A stretch of 64,000 nucleotides of DNA from Naegleria gruberi (taxonomy: Eukaryota): assembly GCA_000004985.1 (NCBI GenBank), contig GG738910.1. One strand, given 5' to 3'. The first letter of the stretch is position 1. The number at the start of each line of letters is the position of its first letter. The notes under the pieces are model-generated. The model was given only the letters and a program-made list of their open reading frames with translations, did no database searches and was not told the origin of the DNA. The translations under genes were made by a program, and so were the position numbers. This document shows positions 43,397 through 58,205 of the stretch, piece by piece.

Positions 43397-46300
43397 ATGA
43401 TGAAGACCTCCATTTGCTTCCCATTACTACATTCAAACCACAACATGGCTGTACATTATAGTAAAGGTTCATGTTCAACTACTACTTTGTTGCTAGAAGA
43501 ACAAGATGTGGCTGAAGGTGTTGAACGCCTGTCTCCTCTTGTTCTAAACCTTCGGCTCGACTTCATGCCACCAGTGTTGATTAATAACATTTACTGTCCA
43601 AATATAAAGTGGTGTACTTTGTCAGGAGCGTATGGACTGAAAAGGAAATGCAGAATCGAGATAATGTTTATATTATATAAACTGAACCTTAAAAAAATGG
43701 CCACGTTCATTCAAGAAAAACAAATGGCTGTTTCTAAGGGTGCACAAAAATCATCAATAATTTCAACCATGATGATGATAATTTTTGTATGCCTATTATT
43801 TCTCGCTAACTCGATAAGGGGAATTGACTTTGAGGTTGCGCCTTATTACAAAGTAACAACTTTATTGAGAGAAGCCGATAAAGTTGAGTGTGTTCGTTTT
43901 GGTCCGAAGGGTATATATTATTCCAAGCCATACCAAATAGTTTTATACTCTTTGGACAGTTCTTCAATGTATGTAACTCAAGGAGCTGGCAATTTTGGCA
44001 CTGGAGAAAGAGGCGACACTAATGGTGCTAGATACTGGCGTGATATTACAGGAACATATTCATTAAAATCCAAGATTGATTACCCTTACAAGTTTGCCTT
44101 CCATGCTGGAAGATCCAAAACTTACTTTGCACTGGCTAATCATCAAGTAAAGCTAGACACTGACGATGTTATTTCTCCATTCATTGGTAAACCAAATGTA
44201 ACAGGTAATGCGGAAGGAGATCCTACTTCTGAGTGTCTGTTGAATGATCCTCAAGGAGTTGACGTTTCATTTGATGGTGATTTTGTGTATGTGGCTGATA
44301 CTGGTAACAATCTTATCAAGTATACTTCATACAAAGATGGTGTATTCGTCATTAGTAATCTTGCTGGTACTGGTAACACAACAAGTTTAGTTGACGGTGT
44401 CAATGCTTTACAGGTTGACCTTAATAGACCTGTTTCTGTAAGGTTTTCCAAAAAAACAGGTGAGATTTATATTGCAGAAAAGGGAAATCATGTTATTAGA
44501 AAAGTTAGAAAAGACAATATTGCTTCTGTAGCGGTTGGTTCAATTGGTATCTCAGGTTATAACGGAGATTTTAAGAGTTCTTTGGATTCATTTTTGAGTG
44601 AACCAAGTGATATTGCGATTTCCACTAGTGGTGTTATATATATTGCTGATTCTGGTAATAATCGAGTCAGAAAAGTTTATCAAAATGGTATGTTGGTTTT
44701 CCTCTATTCAGTTTTTACCTTGGGAATGATATATAGGAACAATAACAACTGTATGCGGAAATGGAATGAACATGTATGGAGGCGATTCACTTGATTCTAG
44801 AAGAACAGCAATAGGAGGTGTAAATTCTGTTGATGTTAATGAAAATGGAGAATTAGTTATTTCTCACATGAATTATATTCGTAAATTGACTCCTATTTGT
44901 TATAATGGTTATGTATTCAATTCTGAAACTCATTTGTGTAATCCGTATTTCCAGTGTTTTGGAAAGAAACATACTGAACCATATGTGTGCTCTGGAAGAG
45001 GATCTTGTATTAACCATAATTGTATTTGCAAAGAAGGATTTGAAGGAGAAAAATGTGAAACTATATCAAAGGTTTTCAATGTGAAACGATTGTTGGTTTC
45101 TGGAGAAGTAACAAATCTACCACCATCAATTTTAGCAGCAAATATGAAACATCTTCAAGTGAGCAATACTGGCGACATGATTGTCCTTACACAAGATGGA
45201 ATCCTTGGAAGACTTGTTGGAAACTCACTGGTTAAAGTTTCTCAATCTAGTCTGGCATTGTTCTACCTGGAAGAAGATGGTTCAATACTTACAACATCTA
45301 CTACTTCAATTATCAAGATTGGTATTGATGGAGCTATATTATCTCTTGTAAAAACAACTAATTTCTATGATGTAGATGGCGTCTCACCAACAAATATTAA
45401 TATTGGCGCATTTAGTTGTATTACACAAGATCAAGTTTCAAAAGTCTACTATGTTACAGAATATTACTCAAATGTTTTTGCAAAAGTTGAAAATGGGAAG
45501 TTAGCTTTACTGATTAGTAATACAAAAGGATTTGCAGATGGCTTAAAAAATGTTGCCAGATCTACCTCTCCTAAATTTGTTTATGCATATGGAGGCACAG
45601 TCATATTTTCAGATTATAACAGAATAAGAATGTGGAAAGATTACACAACCACAACAATTGCAGGTAATGGTATCGAAGGATACAACGGAAATAATGTACC
45701 AAAATTGGCCTGTTCTTTTGGTGAAATTGTTGGGTTTCATGTAGTTAGAAAATCAGCAACAGTGTTTTGGATTTACGTTTCTGACAGTTATTCTAGAACA
45801 ATCAGATTAATCAAAACCAATGAAAATAATGTAACTATAATTGCTGGATCCCCTGGGACCGGCAAATACATGAATTTTGAGGATAACCCCAAGAAGGCCA
45901 TTTTTTCATTACCTATTGGTTTATCGATGGTCAATGACACTTTATATTTCATTGACCAAGGAAGTAGTAGAATTATGAGTCTTTCACCTGATGGTACTAA
46001 ACTGACAACCATTGCAGGCGGAAGAGGTGTTTTAAACGTTGGAGAAAATCTAGACCAACGGTTTTCTTATTTTGGTCCATCCCCTACAGGAATTTATCTT
46101 AAAGAATCACCAACAAGGGAATTATTAATTAGTGATAGTAATATTGGCAGAATAAGAAAAAGCATTTTTGAAAACAATCTTTGGGGTAATGTGACTACAC
46201 TTGCTGGTACTTCAACCAGTGAATTGCCAGTTGATAAAGGAATGGATGGTGACTGTTTAACTTGCGCCTTCCTAAGACCTTCAAAAATACGATTCGGGGG

Positions 46301-49300
46301 AAATGAAACTCTACTTGTATCAGAATCGATTAATACTGTCAAACTTATCAATGTTGGGCAGGGATCAGTTAGAACACTTGTTGGAACTCCTTACACTAAT
46401 CCTCTACAAAATCCATCTCTTGTAACTGTCAATACGTCAGCAATAGGATTCCAGATAGATGGGTTACGGGATGCTATTCTTGTTGGAGATGAACTGGTTT
46501 TTGCTGAAAAATCCAGAATTCTTAAGGTCAATTCACAAGGTTTAATAGAAATTGTTGCTGGTGATGGAAATGGTTATTCATGTAATTTTGGTAATTACAT
46601 GTCGGCCAAAATGGCAAAGTTTGGCAATAATGCTGTGGGAACAAAATTGGTAACCTCTCTCGATTATTACGATGGAGAGATTTATATTTTAGAAGAATAC
46701 GCTCTCAGAAAAGTTAATTCCAAAGGAATAATGATACCAATAATTAGTGGGCAAGGAACAACGTCTTGGTCGAATGGAGTTAGAAAATTGCCATTACAAG
46801 ATGCATCAATTCCTGCATGTAGTTTTATGAAAGTTGTTAATGAAAATGAGATTTATATTCTCAGTACTGCAGGACAGTTGTATATTGTAAGAAATGGAAC
46901 TGTTGAGAGACCTATTATAACTAAAGATTTATCTTTTATGGGCCCAGTATATTCCCAATTCTATAGCACAAGCGATGGAGAATTTTACATGTTGACTGCA
47001 AATACGGTTGAATTAGGTAAAATGAGTTGTCCTTCATTTTCCAAACAAAATGAAAATGATACATGTGAAAATATGATAACTTGTTTTGGTTTAAAGTCAA
47101 CAGATCAAAATGTTTGTTCAACGAATGGTAAATGTTCAGCTTTGGATACATGTATCTGTAATTTTGGTTGGAGTGGTGTTAAATGTAATGAATCAACTGC
47201 TCAATTGGTGATTCAAAGCCTGAACCCAAACAGAGTTACCACTGATGATGGACTTGATATTGGTTTCAAAACCTCCTCTTCTCCATTGACAAATTTAAAA
47301 GTTGATACAAAAACAGGAATTGTTTATTTGCTTTCTGGAGGAAAAACCATTTCTCTCAACGGCAAAACAAATGATTGGGTTAGATCCAGTGATACAACAT
47401 CAAAATCTATGATTATTTCTAAAACAACAGGTTACTTCTATTTTTTAAGAGAATCTTGCATCTACCAAAGGGGAGCAACTCCTTATCCATATTATTATTC
47501 TGGAAATTGCTACACTAAGGGTTCAGTTCTTGGAACTATTTCAACCGCATCATATAACAACTTGGAAGATGGTGACTCTGGGGAGGATGGTAGTTTGTAT
47601 ATAGTTGATAGTGGAAATCACGTTGTAAGATTAATATCAGAAGGAGTAATGTCAACCTTTTGTGGTAGTTTTGGTGTTTCTGGTTTATTTATCAACTCTA
47701 ATTCCTCAACCAAAACTTTTTTGAAATCACCAAGGGCCATCAAAGTCACCTCAAACGGGGTTTACATTGCTGATAGTGGAAATTACAGAATTCTTTTTAT
47801 TGATAAATCTGGACATGTCCAAAAAATTGCAGGGTCATCAAATGGTACATCAAATGGGGATGGAAAAGCAACTCTGACAAATATTTTCCCTTCTAATTCA
47901 TTGGATTATTCAGAGAGTCGCCAAGAACTGTACTTTATAGATAATAATAGAGATGAGATGAATTCAGGGAGTGTAAAAGTAAGAAAGATTACCAAAGATG
48001 GATATGTTGAAACGTTGTTTGGTTATTACGAGAGGGATCCATATTCAAACTTAACAGTTCCAATGACCATCACACTGGAAAAGGATACCAGTTTCTATGC
48101 AGCAAATTCTTTGGCTGTTTCAGGTGATTACTTGTATTTAACATTTGATTCTGTGAAATTGATTGCAAAAGTTTCACTTTCCACAAATACCTTGTATGTG
48201 GTTTCCAAAATAGGTTCAGTCCTGAATGGTGATGGCTTTCATGTCGGTTTTACCACCTTCCAACACCCAAGTGCACCATATTTCCATAGTATTACTCGTA
48301 CTTTGTATTGGGTTGAAATGTCCTCAATAAGAATGATGAGAGATAACAAAGTTTACACCGTGGTTGGCCTTAATTCAAACATTCCTTCCTTTGGAAAGAT
48401 GAAACCATTGTGGAAAGATATTTCTCCAAAAGGAATTGCACTTTCATCAACTGGAGAGTTATATTTTTCTGATGGACAGCATGTCATTTATAAGATTCTA
48501 AATTCAAGATCTGATATTGAAATTGTTTGGGGAAAGAAAGGTGTTTATGGAAGTGCTGACACTCTTCTAGAAAATCCAACTGCTATTTTTATTAATTCCA
48601 AAGATGAACTGTATATTGCTGATTCATACAGAATAATCAAGTTTGACATCACCTCCAAGAAAATTACTAAAATAGTGAGTAAGAGTGATGTATATTTTGG
48701 TATATGTTCATCAGTGATAGAACTTTCAACAGGAGAAATAGTCTATGTGGATTCTTATTTTAAAAAAGTTAGAATGATTCTCAACAATGGTACAAATATT
48801 ATAATCGCTGGTGGTGGTTTAAAAACAGGTGTTTCGAATGGTGATCTTGCAACAAAACTACTTTTCACCACTCCTGTTTCAGTTCAAGAAATCAACACAG
48901 GAGTATTACTTTTGCTGGAGCAAAACTCTTTGATCAAGATGACTTGGTCTCCATCTAGAAATGGTTATATTTGTTCAATAATTGCTGGAAAGGGCTTATA
49001 TAGTATGACTGCCTCAGGAAATGGTGGTCTTGCGATAAATGCTGTTATCTATAATTTTGCTATGAGTTACAATACATTTACGAAAGAGGTTTATCTTCTT
49101 GACAATGTTGAGTCAAGAATTATCACTCCGTACTGTCCAGAAGGGTTCACTTTTAATATTTCAAATGAGACATGTCAGCCAGTTGATATGTGTTTTGGTT
49201 TTAATTCAAATGACAACAGAGCGTGTTCTGGAAGAGGTGAGTGCGTTGGTCTTGATGCATGTAATTGTTTTGGAGGTTACAGTGGAATCAAGTGTGAAAT

Positions 49301-52300
49301 AATGTGTCACAAAACATGTGAAGGAACTGTTGTGGACGCATCATTCATGTTAACGGAATTCTCAACTGATTTTAGCAAACCTGGCAATTTGGTGGTAGAT
49401 TCTGAGTACATTTATGTTTCTGATTCTGAAGACAATGTAGTTAAACGTTTTGATAAGGGTGGATATTCTTCAATTTATTGTGGAATTGAAGGACAAAGTG
49501 GCAACCAAGGAAATGGTTTACCAGGAACTGAAGCCACACTAAATTCACCTCTAGGTTTAAGTGTATACAATAATGAACTATTTATTGCTGATTTTAACAA
49601 TAGTGTCATCAGAAAGGTTGACGCTTTTGGGTTTGTTGATGTTGCATTCAATACAACAGAAAAACCTCTCAACATTATTGCCAGGGGCGAAAACGTATTT
49701 TACTATACAGATTCCACTTCATTGTACATGATTAACCAATCAGTTATTAGTACCATTGCAACAGGATTTGATAGTCCTTATGGATTGTTCTATTATTCAA
49801 ATACGTCCAACATGGAGGAAAGTTTACTAGTTGCAGATACCAATAATAACTCAATCAAGAAGGTATCTCTCTCTGATAGACAAGTTACCATAATTCTTTC
49901 TAATTTGAATTCTCCTAAAGGACTATTCATTGATTCTTTTGGTGATCTTTATATTGCTGACAGTGGATCAAACCAAATTTTAAAGTATTCAGGAGGTGTT
50001 TTGAAGGTAATTGCAGGAACATCCAATTCCTCAATGAATGGTACAGATGGTGCAATCAATTCACTTCAAGCAATTCTGCACTCTCCTAGTGATCTTATTG
50101 TAACAGATGAAGGAATTATTTATTTCACCGATTCACAAGGATATGCCGTGAAAACTCTCACTCCTGTTTGTGATAAAATTTCCATGTATGATCCAATTTT
50201 AAGAAAGTGTTTCCGACCTCTACTTTGTTTCAATTTTGGTATTGATGATAAGAGAGCTTGTAGCTCTAATGGTCAATGTGTTGCAGAGAATACCTGTAAT
50301 TGTAATGATAATTGGGGAGGGGATGATTGTTCCATTCCATCATGTTTCAACATTTCTGCTTCAAGTACCACTACGGTTTGTTCTGGACATGGTTTGTGTA
50401 TTGATCATAATACTTGTCGATGTGATACTGGTTGGTCTGGTGCTGACTGTTCAATTGCATCATGTTATGGTATCAAGGGTGATAACAGTTCAGTATGTTA
50501 CGGAAATGGCCAGTGTGTCGGTTTTAATCAATGTTCTTGTAATAATGGATGGTCTGATTTCGATTGTTTGACACCTTCGTGCTTTGGCTTGACCTATGAT
50601 TTGGATTCTTCATGTTCTGGAAATGGCAAATGTATTTCTAATGATACTTGTGAATGTTATTTAGGTTATCAAGGTCCTGATTGCTCTACAGTGTCAGTCG
50701 ATCCATTCCAAGTATACAATCCAGTACTAACTGTTAAGACTATTGGTTCTTTGAACAAACCAAAAGGAGTTACAGTATCTTCGAGTGGTGATATTTATTT
50801 CAGCGATACTAGCAACAATAAGTTGAAGAAGATATTACAATCTGATTGGTCTGTATCTCTTATTGCTGGAACTGGTACTGGTTCGTTTTCAGGTGATGGA
50901 TCTTCACCAACAGCAGCCACTATTAATAATCCTATTGGTTTGGATATTACAGAAAACGGAGAAGTTTATTTTGCTGATTCAAATAACAATAGAGTTAGAA
51001 AATGTAGTTATGATGGTAAATTAATCTCGACAGTGGTCCAAGTTACATCTCCTCAACAAGTCAAAATTGACGAATACAATAATCGATTGTGGATTGTTGC
51101 TTCTGGAGGAGTTTACATGTATGATTTGAATATTGCAAATATGACCCTTGTATACAGTAATGATCTCAATACTCCATTCGGAATTGATATTGGATATCAA
51201 GGTAAAATAGTGTACATTACAGACAAATCAAATCATGTTATTAGAAAGCTCGCAAAAAGAGGTAATTCATATGTTCAATCTATTTATTTTGGAAGTAAGG
51301 GAGTAACTGGAACCTACTCATCAACATCTAATATGAATAACCCAATGGGTATATCAGTAACTAATGGTAATAGTATTATATTTTCTGATTCCTCTAATCA
51401 TGTAATTAAACTGATTTCTCATGGAGTTAACAAGACAACATCAGTTATTGTTGGTACTGGATCTTCATCAGGTTATTCAGCAACAGAAACTAAACCTCTT
51501 TCCATGGCTCTAAATACTCCCGGTGATGTATTTGTGAATGAGAAAGGAATTTATATTGCTGATACCAATGACAACGCCATTAGAATTATTAAGATTTCAT
51601 GTCCATACACTAACTATGTTTTCAATTATTATACTTCCAAGTGTGAATTTGATACCAGAATTTCTTGTAATAAGATTTCATTTTCTTCACCAAATGTTTG
51701 TAATGGTAAAGGTGTTTGTTATGGAGTTGATAAATGCAACTGTACAAGTGGGTGGAATGGTACTTTTTGTGAAATACCTATTTGTTTTGGAGTGTCCAAT
51801 CCAAAACTAGCTTGTAGTTCAAATGGTCAATGTATTTCTAACAATACTTGTTCCTGTAATGATGGTTGGTTTGGATCTATTTGTCAAAATCCATCTTGTT
51901 TTGGAATTTCATATAATGATTCAAATACCTGTTCTGGAAATGGTCAATGTATTGCAAATAATACTTGCTCGTGTGATAATTTTTACGAAGGCAAAAATTG
52001 TTCTCTTCCAAAATGTTTTGGTATTAATTCAGACAGCTCATTGGTTTGTAGTGGAAATGGTTTATGCGTTAGCCCAGATACATGTAATTGTACTAGCGGT
52101 TATTTTGGAAATGATTGTTTTTACACAAATTGTTTTGGAATATTGTCAGGAGAAACTACTGTATGTTCCTCAAAAGGAAACTGTACTGCTCCAAATACTT
52201 GTTTTTGTGAAAAAGGGTATTATGGGAATCAGTGTCAAAACTTTACTTGTTTTGGAATTGACTCATTCAGCCCCAATGCTTGCTCATCTCGTGGAAGTTG

Positions 52301-55300
52301 TATTGACATCGATAAATGTAAATGTGGAGATGATTTTTATGGTTCTAATTGCACAGGGTTTGATTGCTTTGGTTATCCATCAACTAATCCAAATACTTGT
52401 TCTGGTAAGGGTGATTGTTTAAATCCAAACACTTGTATCTGTAATGATGGTTATGCAGGTGAAAGGTGTGAAATTGCTCGTTGTTTTGGAGTTTATGGAA
52501 ATGAATCAAACGTATGTGATTCACATGGTGAGTGTGTATCCTTAGATAACTGTACATGTACATCACTTCATCATTATGGAGATAATTGCGATAGATTTGA
52601 TTGTTTTGGAATTGAGAGTAGCAATTCAAGTGTTTGCTCTTCCCATGGAAATTGTACTTTCCTTGATATTTGTAATTGTTCGAAAGGTTACGAAGGTTTA
52701 TCATGTTCTGAATTCAATTGTTTTGGAAAAAAGCCAATCGCTTCTGATATTTGTTCTGGAAATGGCATTTGTACTGGTCCAAATATATGTAATTGCAAAG
52801 ATGGGTATTTTGGAGATGATTGTCAGATAACCAATTGTTATGGAATTCATAGTAATGAGTCTAGTGTATGTTCATCAAATGGTAGATGTATTTCTTTAGA
52901 TTCTTGCTCTTGCTCTTTTGGATATTATGGAGAGATGTGTCAAGAATATGATTGTTTTGGAATGAAACACTCAAATACAAGTGTTTGTTCACAACATGGA
53001 ACATGTCATTCTCCAAATAATTGCACTTGTAATGATGGATATCATGGTGCAGACTGTGATAGATTCAATTGTTTTGGAGTTTCTTCTTTCAATAGTTCAG
53101 TATGTTCATCAAGAGGTTACTGCAAATTACCAAATGTCTGTTCTTGCACTGGAACTTTTTATGGTGAAAATTGTGAACAATATGACTGTTTTGGAATCAA
53201 TTATCAAAACTCAAATGTTTGTTCCTCACACGGTAAATGTATTGGGGCTGATGCTTGTCAGTGTTATGATGGATATATATCTAGTAATTGTTCTGTTCCT
53301 CTTTGCTTTGGTATTTCAGCTCTTAACTCGTCAGTTTGTAGAGGACATGGTTATTGTACTTCACCTAATAAGTGTGACTGCATTTCGAATCAAGATACAA
53401 AGTTTGATGGACAGGAATGTCAAAATCATTTCTGTAAGGAATACGATGGAACCTTAATAAGGTTTAACAATAATTCAGTTTGTAGTGGTTCTGGAGTTTG
53501 TAAGTTAAATCGAGTCATGAAGAGAAGCGAATGTGTATGTAGTGAAAATTATGGAGGAGAGTCTTGTGAAATGCCAAAATGTTTCGGTATTTTACAAAAT
53601 GAGACAAGTGCTTGTAACAACAATGGATTTTGTTCAAGTGTAGATACTTGTGAATGTCATCATAATGATTTTTTTGGATATTGGAAGGGTTCTAATTGTA
53701 CACAATGCCAAGTTCCATATTCTGGATCCAAATGTAATGTTATTAAGGAGTGCAATGCTTCTGTCTGTCATAACAATGGTATTTGTGACGAGTACATGAC
53801 TTGCATTTGTAATTCTAATCAAACACATGGTTTCTGGAATGCAGAATTTTGTAACGTTTGTCAAGAAGGTTATTATGGAAAGGAGTGTTCCACGCAAATG
53901 CTTGGCCCTCTTAAATTAAGTGGAGAGGCATCATCCATGACATTCAAGATGAATGCTCCAATTTCATTTTCAAAGACAAGTGTTAACTGTACAAGATTTT
54001 TGAGGGAAGATTCTTATGAAACTGTTGGAGGATTGCAATCTATTTGTTCTTGGAATAATAGTATGATGAAAGTGACATTTGGTGCTTCATTTGATGTTAA
54101 ATCAGGTAGAATTATTTATTTGAATAGATTGGTCTTTGATGAGAGCGGATATGATTACGAACCGATCAAATTGGAATATCCAGATACACCAATCCTTCCT
54201 ACTGCCATTGTCGAATCAAACAAATTAGTTGGATCTTGCGACAGTATTATAATTGATGGAAGTAAGAGTTACTCTCCTGATTCTAAACCTCTTTCATTTT
54301 CTTGGAAAGTTGTTAATTCTCCAAATATTAATAGTTTGCAACACATTGTACAATCACAAACAAGATCTATTCTTTCCATTGATAGTAGCAATTGCTCTAC
54401 AGGTGTTCACATTTTCGAGCTGATTGTAAAGAGTTCTATATTAGAATTACAAAGTATTCCACTAACAATTTCCATCACTAAGGCAGAAATTCCTCTACCA
54501 ACTATTTCCATAGATGCACAAGCCTCCCCTCTCACAACTTCAAAGTTACCATACAAGATAATGAAAAGTACTGTTTTGCCTGATTGTGCTCAATCTTTGA
54601 GTATGATATATAATTGGAAGCTGGTGAGCGGTAGAAACGATATTGTTTTTGAGATGGATCAATTTAATAATTTAGTAATTATCAATTACTTCCTGGAAGA
54701 TTCAAGTTATGAATTTGAATGTAGTGTATTTGTGGAAGGACATGCAGAAAATATTATTACTTCAAAAGTTTCCTTTAGTACCAAGATTAGTCCTTTATCT
54801 TCTGAAATCAGACTTGTTGAATTATCAACCAATTATACTATTATTCAATTATTGTTCAGGGATCCAGAAATTGTTAATGAAGAGGTTAATGTTGAATGGG
54901 AGTGTATTGATTTGGACACCAAACTGAATTGTTCATCGTCACTTCTTTCCCATCTTTCAACTTTACCTCTTAACTCTGAATTTTTAATATCTGGAAGTTT
55001 GTTATCAAATTACAACAACATATCCTTGAAATCTACTATCAAGAAGGGAAAGAGAATTTCCAATAGTGAACTCGTAGTAACCATTCCTCAAAAAACACTC
55101 CCTCCAATTATTTCACCTGTTTATCTGTCGCCAAGTAATTTAGCTCTAGGATCGAGTATTAATCTTCAATTTGGTGTAACTATCGATGGAAGTGATGACA
55201 TTAGTTCAGCTATTAGTAGAAAATGGACTCTCAACAATGTTGTTATTGAAAAATCAGATAGTATGAGACTGGATCCATCTGAATCCAACTCCTTAATATT

Positions 55301-57002
55301 AGCAACTAATTCTTTTACAGAAGGGGCCACATACAAGATTGATTTCAAAGTGACTGACCAAAGAAATAATCAATTTTCAATCTATTCCTATTCTTTTTCA
55401 ATCAAGATTTCTCCAAAGTGTACATGTACAATTAGTCCATCATCTGGTTATGCTCTCCAAACTCTTTTTACATTTGCATGTACTGATTGTAAAAATAATC
55501 AAGGACCTTTATCGTTCGAATATGGCTTCATAGATAGTCGTTACCAAACTAGAGTAACCTTATCAAAGAGTTCTAAATATTCGGCCGTTCTCCCATCCTC
55601 TTATCAAGGAAATACATTGAATCTGTATGCTGTTGTTAGTGACTCTGTAAGTCAATCATCAAGTTATTTGAGTGCAGAAGTTCTTGTACCTGTCATTGGT
55701 TCACTAGCTGAAGCAAAGAAGAAACAACTTCAATGGAAAACAACAGGTTCCTCACTCAAAGATGGTGATTATATGAAGAGTGTGTATAGCAATGATGTTA
55801 TGACAAGTACTTTCACAAAGATGATTGCCTCTTTACTATCAGCAAGATCTGTTTGTAACGGAAAAGGAGTTCTAAATAATGGAAAATGTCAATGTGATAA
55901 TGGGTATTCTTCATTTGATTGTAGATATACCACTTCTGATTATGTATCCATTCAAGAGAGTGTATTTGATTTATCTAACGATTTTAAAGAAACATTTGGT
56001 GTTTATCTAGATTCCAAAGATATTCTAAGCGAAAAGTTTGTTGCCAATATTATTTTCGGACTTGAAACTTTGACAAATCGTTTTGATTTCTTGAATGAGA
56101 CATCTTTTGACATTATCTTATCAATTGTTGATCATTTATTGGAAGAACACGAAAAGTATTCATCAGTTCAAACATCCAATGGTGTAGATACGCTCTTACT
56201 CGATATTTTGGATCATTTATATTCTTTTACAGAATATTATGAGATTAAGGAACAATTAATGAGCAAATTAATTGAAATTTCCCAAAGACTCTCTTCACTT
56301 GAATCAAGAAAAATATTGGTCGGCCAACCTCCTTTAATTCTTTCCAATCAATTACAAACTTCAATTACCAACAAACATTTTAGAGAGGAATATTCAGGAC
56401 TAGTAATTAGATATAATAATTATTCTACTATACTACCAGAGTCTTTCTCAAAGCATCTATCCAATCAGCCAAAGAGAGTACCAGTTACTTACAGTTGGTT
56501 TGCTCTTAAAGATCTTTCACAATTCATATTACCAGGAAATGCATCAAGAATTATCTCAAAATATGTTGTGAAATTCACATTGGAAAAGGTTAAATATTTG
56601 GAATTATTGAAAGAACCTGTGAAATTTGAAATACCACTCATTGAACCAATAGACATGAATTCTAATAAGTATTCCTGTATTGACTTTTCCAACATGACAA
56701 TGCCAGTGGAAAGTGAGTGCCAATTTAAAGTGGAAAATGGAATAGCCTCTTGTTCTTGCTTAAACTACTCAAGTACCGTTGGAATAACATTCTTTGAACG
56801 CAGTCGAAGAGCTCCATCAATTCTTGCAGTTAAAACTGCACCACTTTGGGAATTATTCTCTCTACTCACAATTCCATTTGCAATAATTTTGGTTGGTTGT
56901 GCATTCACAATTAAAACGATTTTTAACAGAAAAATCAGCCTTGACAATAATCAATTCGAATTGAGAAACGTGGACAGCATGATTGTGACGGAATCAGCTT
57001 AA
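43397..57002 (+). CDS. Cluster member 4 (giant, ~4,400 aa): NHL propeller(s), ~45 tenascin-type EGF units, PKD/REJ-like module, GPS-like motif, C-terminal TM; 2 exons, approx join(43397..44687,44737..57002); functional start probably at the ATG at ~43697 (MATFIQEKQMAVSKGAQKSSIISTMMMIIFVCLLFLANSIRG signal)
   Basis: ORF 43397..44794 joins ORF 44766..57002 through a 49-nt intron (caaaatg|gtatgt...atatag|gaacaataacaactg), restoring ...RVRKVYQNG|TITTVCGNGMNMYGGDSL.... The module shares collinear blocks with member 5 (GSCDSIIIDGSKSYSPDSKPLSFSWKV vs GSCEDVLIDASESYSPDRKTLNFKWTV; KCTCTISPSSGYALQTLFTFACTDCKN vs KACSCAISPTSGIALTTIFTFNCENCQN; KSVCNGKGVLNNGKCQCDNGYSSFDCRYT vs KDCSGHGSLVNGKCVCEADYTTFDCRMT). 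Juxtamembrane YSCIDFSNMTMPVESECQFKVENGIASCSC, TM LWELFSLLTIPFAIILVGCAFTI. Confidence 0.6.
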
Positions 57003-57671
57003 TAAATATTACTGTATTCTCAAACATTCGAAATGTTCAAAAATAAGGGGTGTATTCCAACAGTGTGACGTAGTGGATTTCCAGACCTCTTTTTCAGGGT
57101 AGTTCAACTCCAGCTATTTTGATATGAGCTGATGAAATACCTTCTATCTCAATTAATTTGTCAGATATTGAAGTAATAAATTGTACAGAGAGAGAATATA
57201 TCACTGGGAATCTATCTTCTTCTAATGAATGTTTCTCATCCCTTATTCGTTGAATATAATAGTAAAGTATCACAAATATTAAAGAACAATAGTGAAAATT
57301 ACAGGAAAAGATAATTATCTGGTGGATGAATGACATGCTATTCGTGATGTTTCAGTGAGAAGACAATATCCACATCATGAGAAAAACAATAAAAACATGA
57401 AAATATCAGATATCCATGAATTTCACAAACTATGCTATAAGACTCGAAATTATACATTTAATAACATAATAAACATTATGAATTGTTGTTTTATTGTTGT
57501 TTGATTTGTAATTGGGCTATGAAACTCTGGTAACATCAAATATCAGAACTTGGTAAATTGACAACATGAAAATCTGATAATAAATATGATGTTTATTATC
57601 TATTTAAATAGTAGTACTAAAAGACATGATTCAAGTTGGTGAAGTACATGCTGAGTTATGGTCCATGTACT

Positions 57672-58175
57672 TTTTCAAAATTCACATGTACCTATCCCTA
57701 TCATAAATTGCCCAAAATTGATAAGAGAAAGTTCTCCTACCTACTATTGACCATTCCGAACAATACTATATTGACAGTTTTCCAACTTGTTCAGTAGATC
57801 CATCAGTGATGATGAATTTAGTGAAAATTTTGACATTTCACCAAAATTATATTACTAAAAATTAATTTCCACAAATACTATTATTATATTGATGGCAAAT
57901 AACATTGATGATGATTGGTGAATGATCCGATGATGATGTACCAACTTGTGATTTTCCATGATGAAAAATAAATTCCAATTTCATGATGATAATCCACCAA
58001 TAAAAATTACTATTATTACTACTATATAGATCATGTTGAGATGATGATGTGAAAGTTTGGTTGTTTCATGATGTAAAACCACTCCGAAAATCATCAATGT
58101 TAAATATTTTTTAAACTTGGTTTTTGAGTAGAATGTTGAATATTTTTTTATGAAGTTTGTTGTGAGCGAGGTATG
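57672..58175 (+). repeat. Dispersed ~500-bp noncoding element, copy 3, immediately 3' of the minus-strand giant gene (58206..) and ~670 bp 3' of member 4
   Basis: Roughly 97-98% identical to the reverse complement of 32462..32928, apart from two ~20-30-nt indels. It carries the same small ORF on the minus strand (57981..58097; the track shows it extended to 58205 as a 74-aa ORF). Confidence 0.7.
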
Positions 58176-58205
58176 TTGTAGATTGCTGAAAAGAACAAGA
58201 GCCAT

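Noticed and set aside
36473-53457. Many 60-200-aa V/L/I-rich ORFs in alternative frames or on the opposite strand inside the giant genes (e.g. 36473..36787, 36824..37093, 50236..50571, 51538..52422, 52981..53457, 52384..52704-)
   Set aside because: They are frame-shifted readings of TGT/TGC/GGT-rich EGF-coding repeats. They overlap much longer, domain-bearing ORFs, so they are not independent genes.
32462-58175. Idea that the dispersed element encodes box C/D snoRNAs (multiple UGAUGA 'C-box' strings)
   Set aside because: There is no CUGA D box within 60-120 nt of any UGAUGA and no terminal 5'/3' stem. The ATGATGA strings are better explained as Met-Met/His-His codons of the small ORF and AT-rich repeats.
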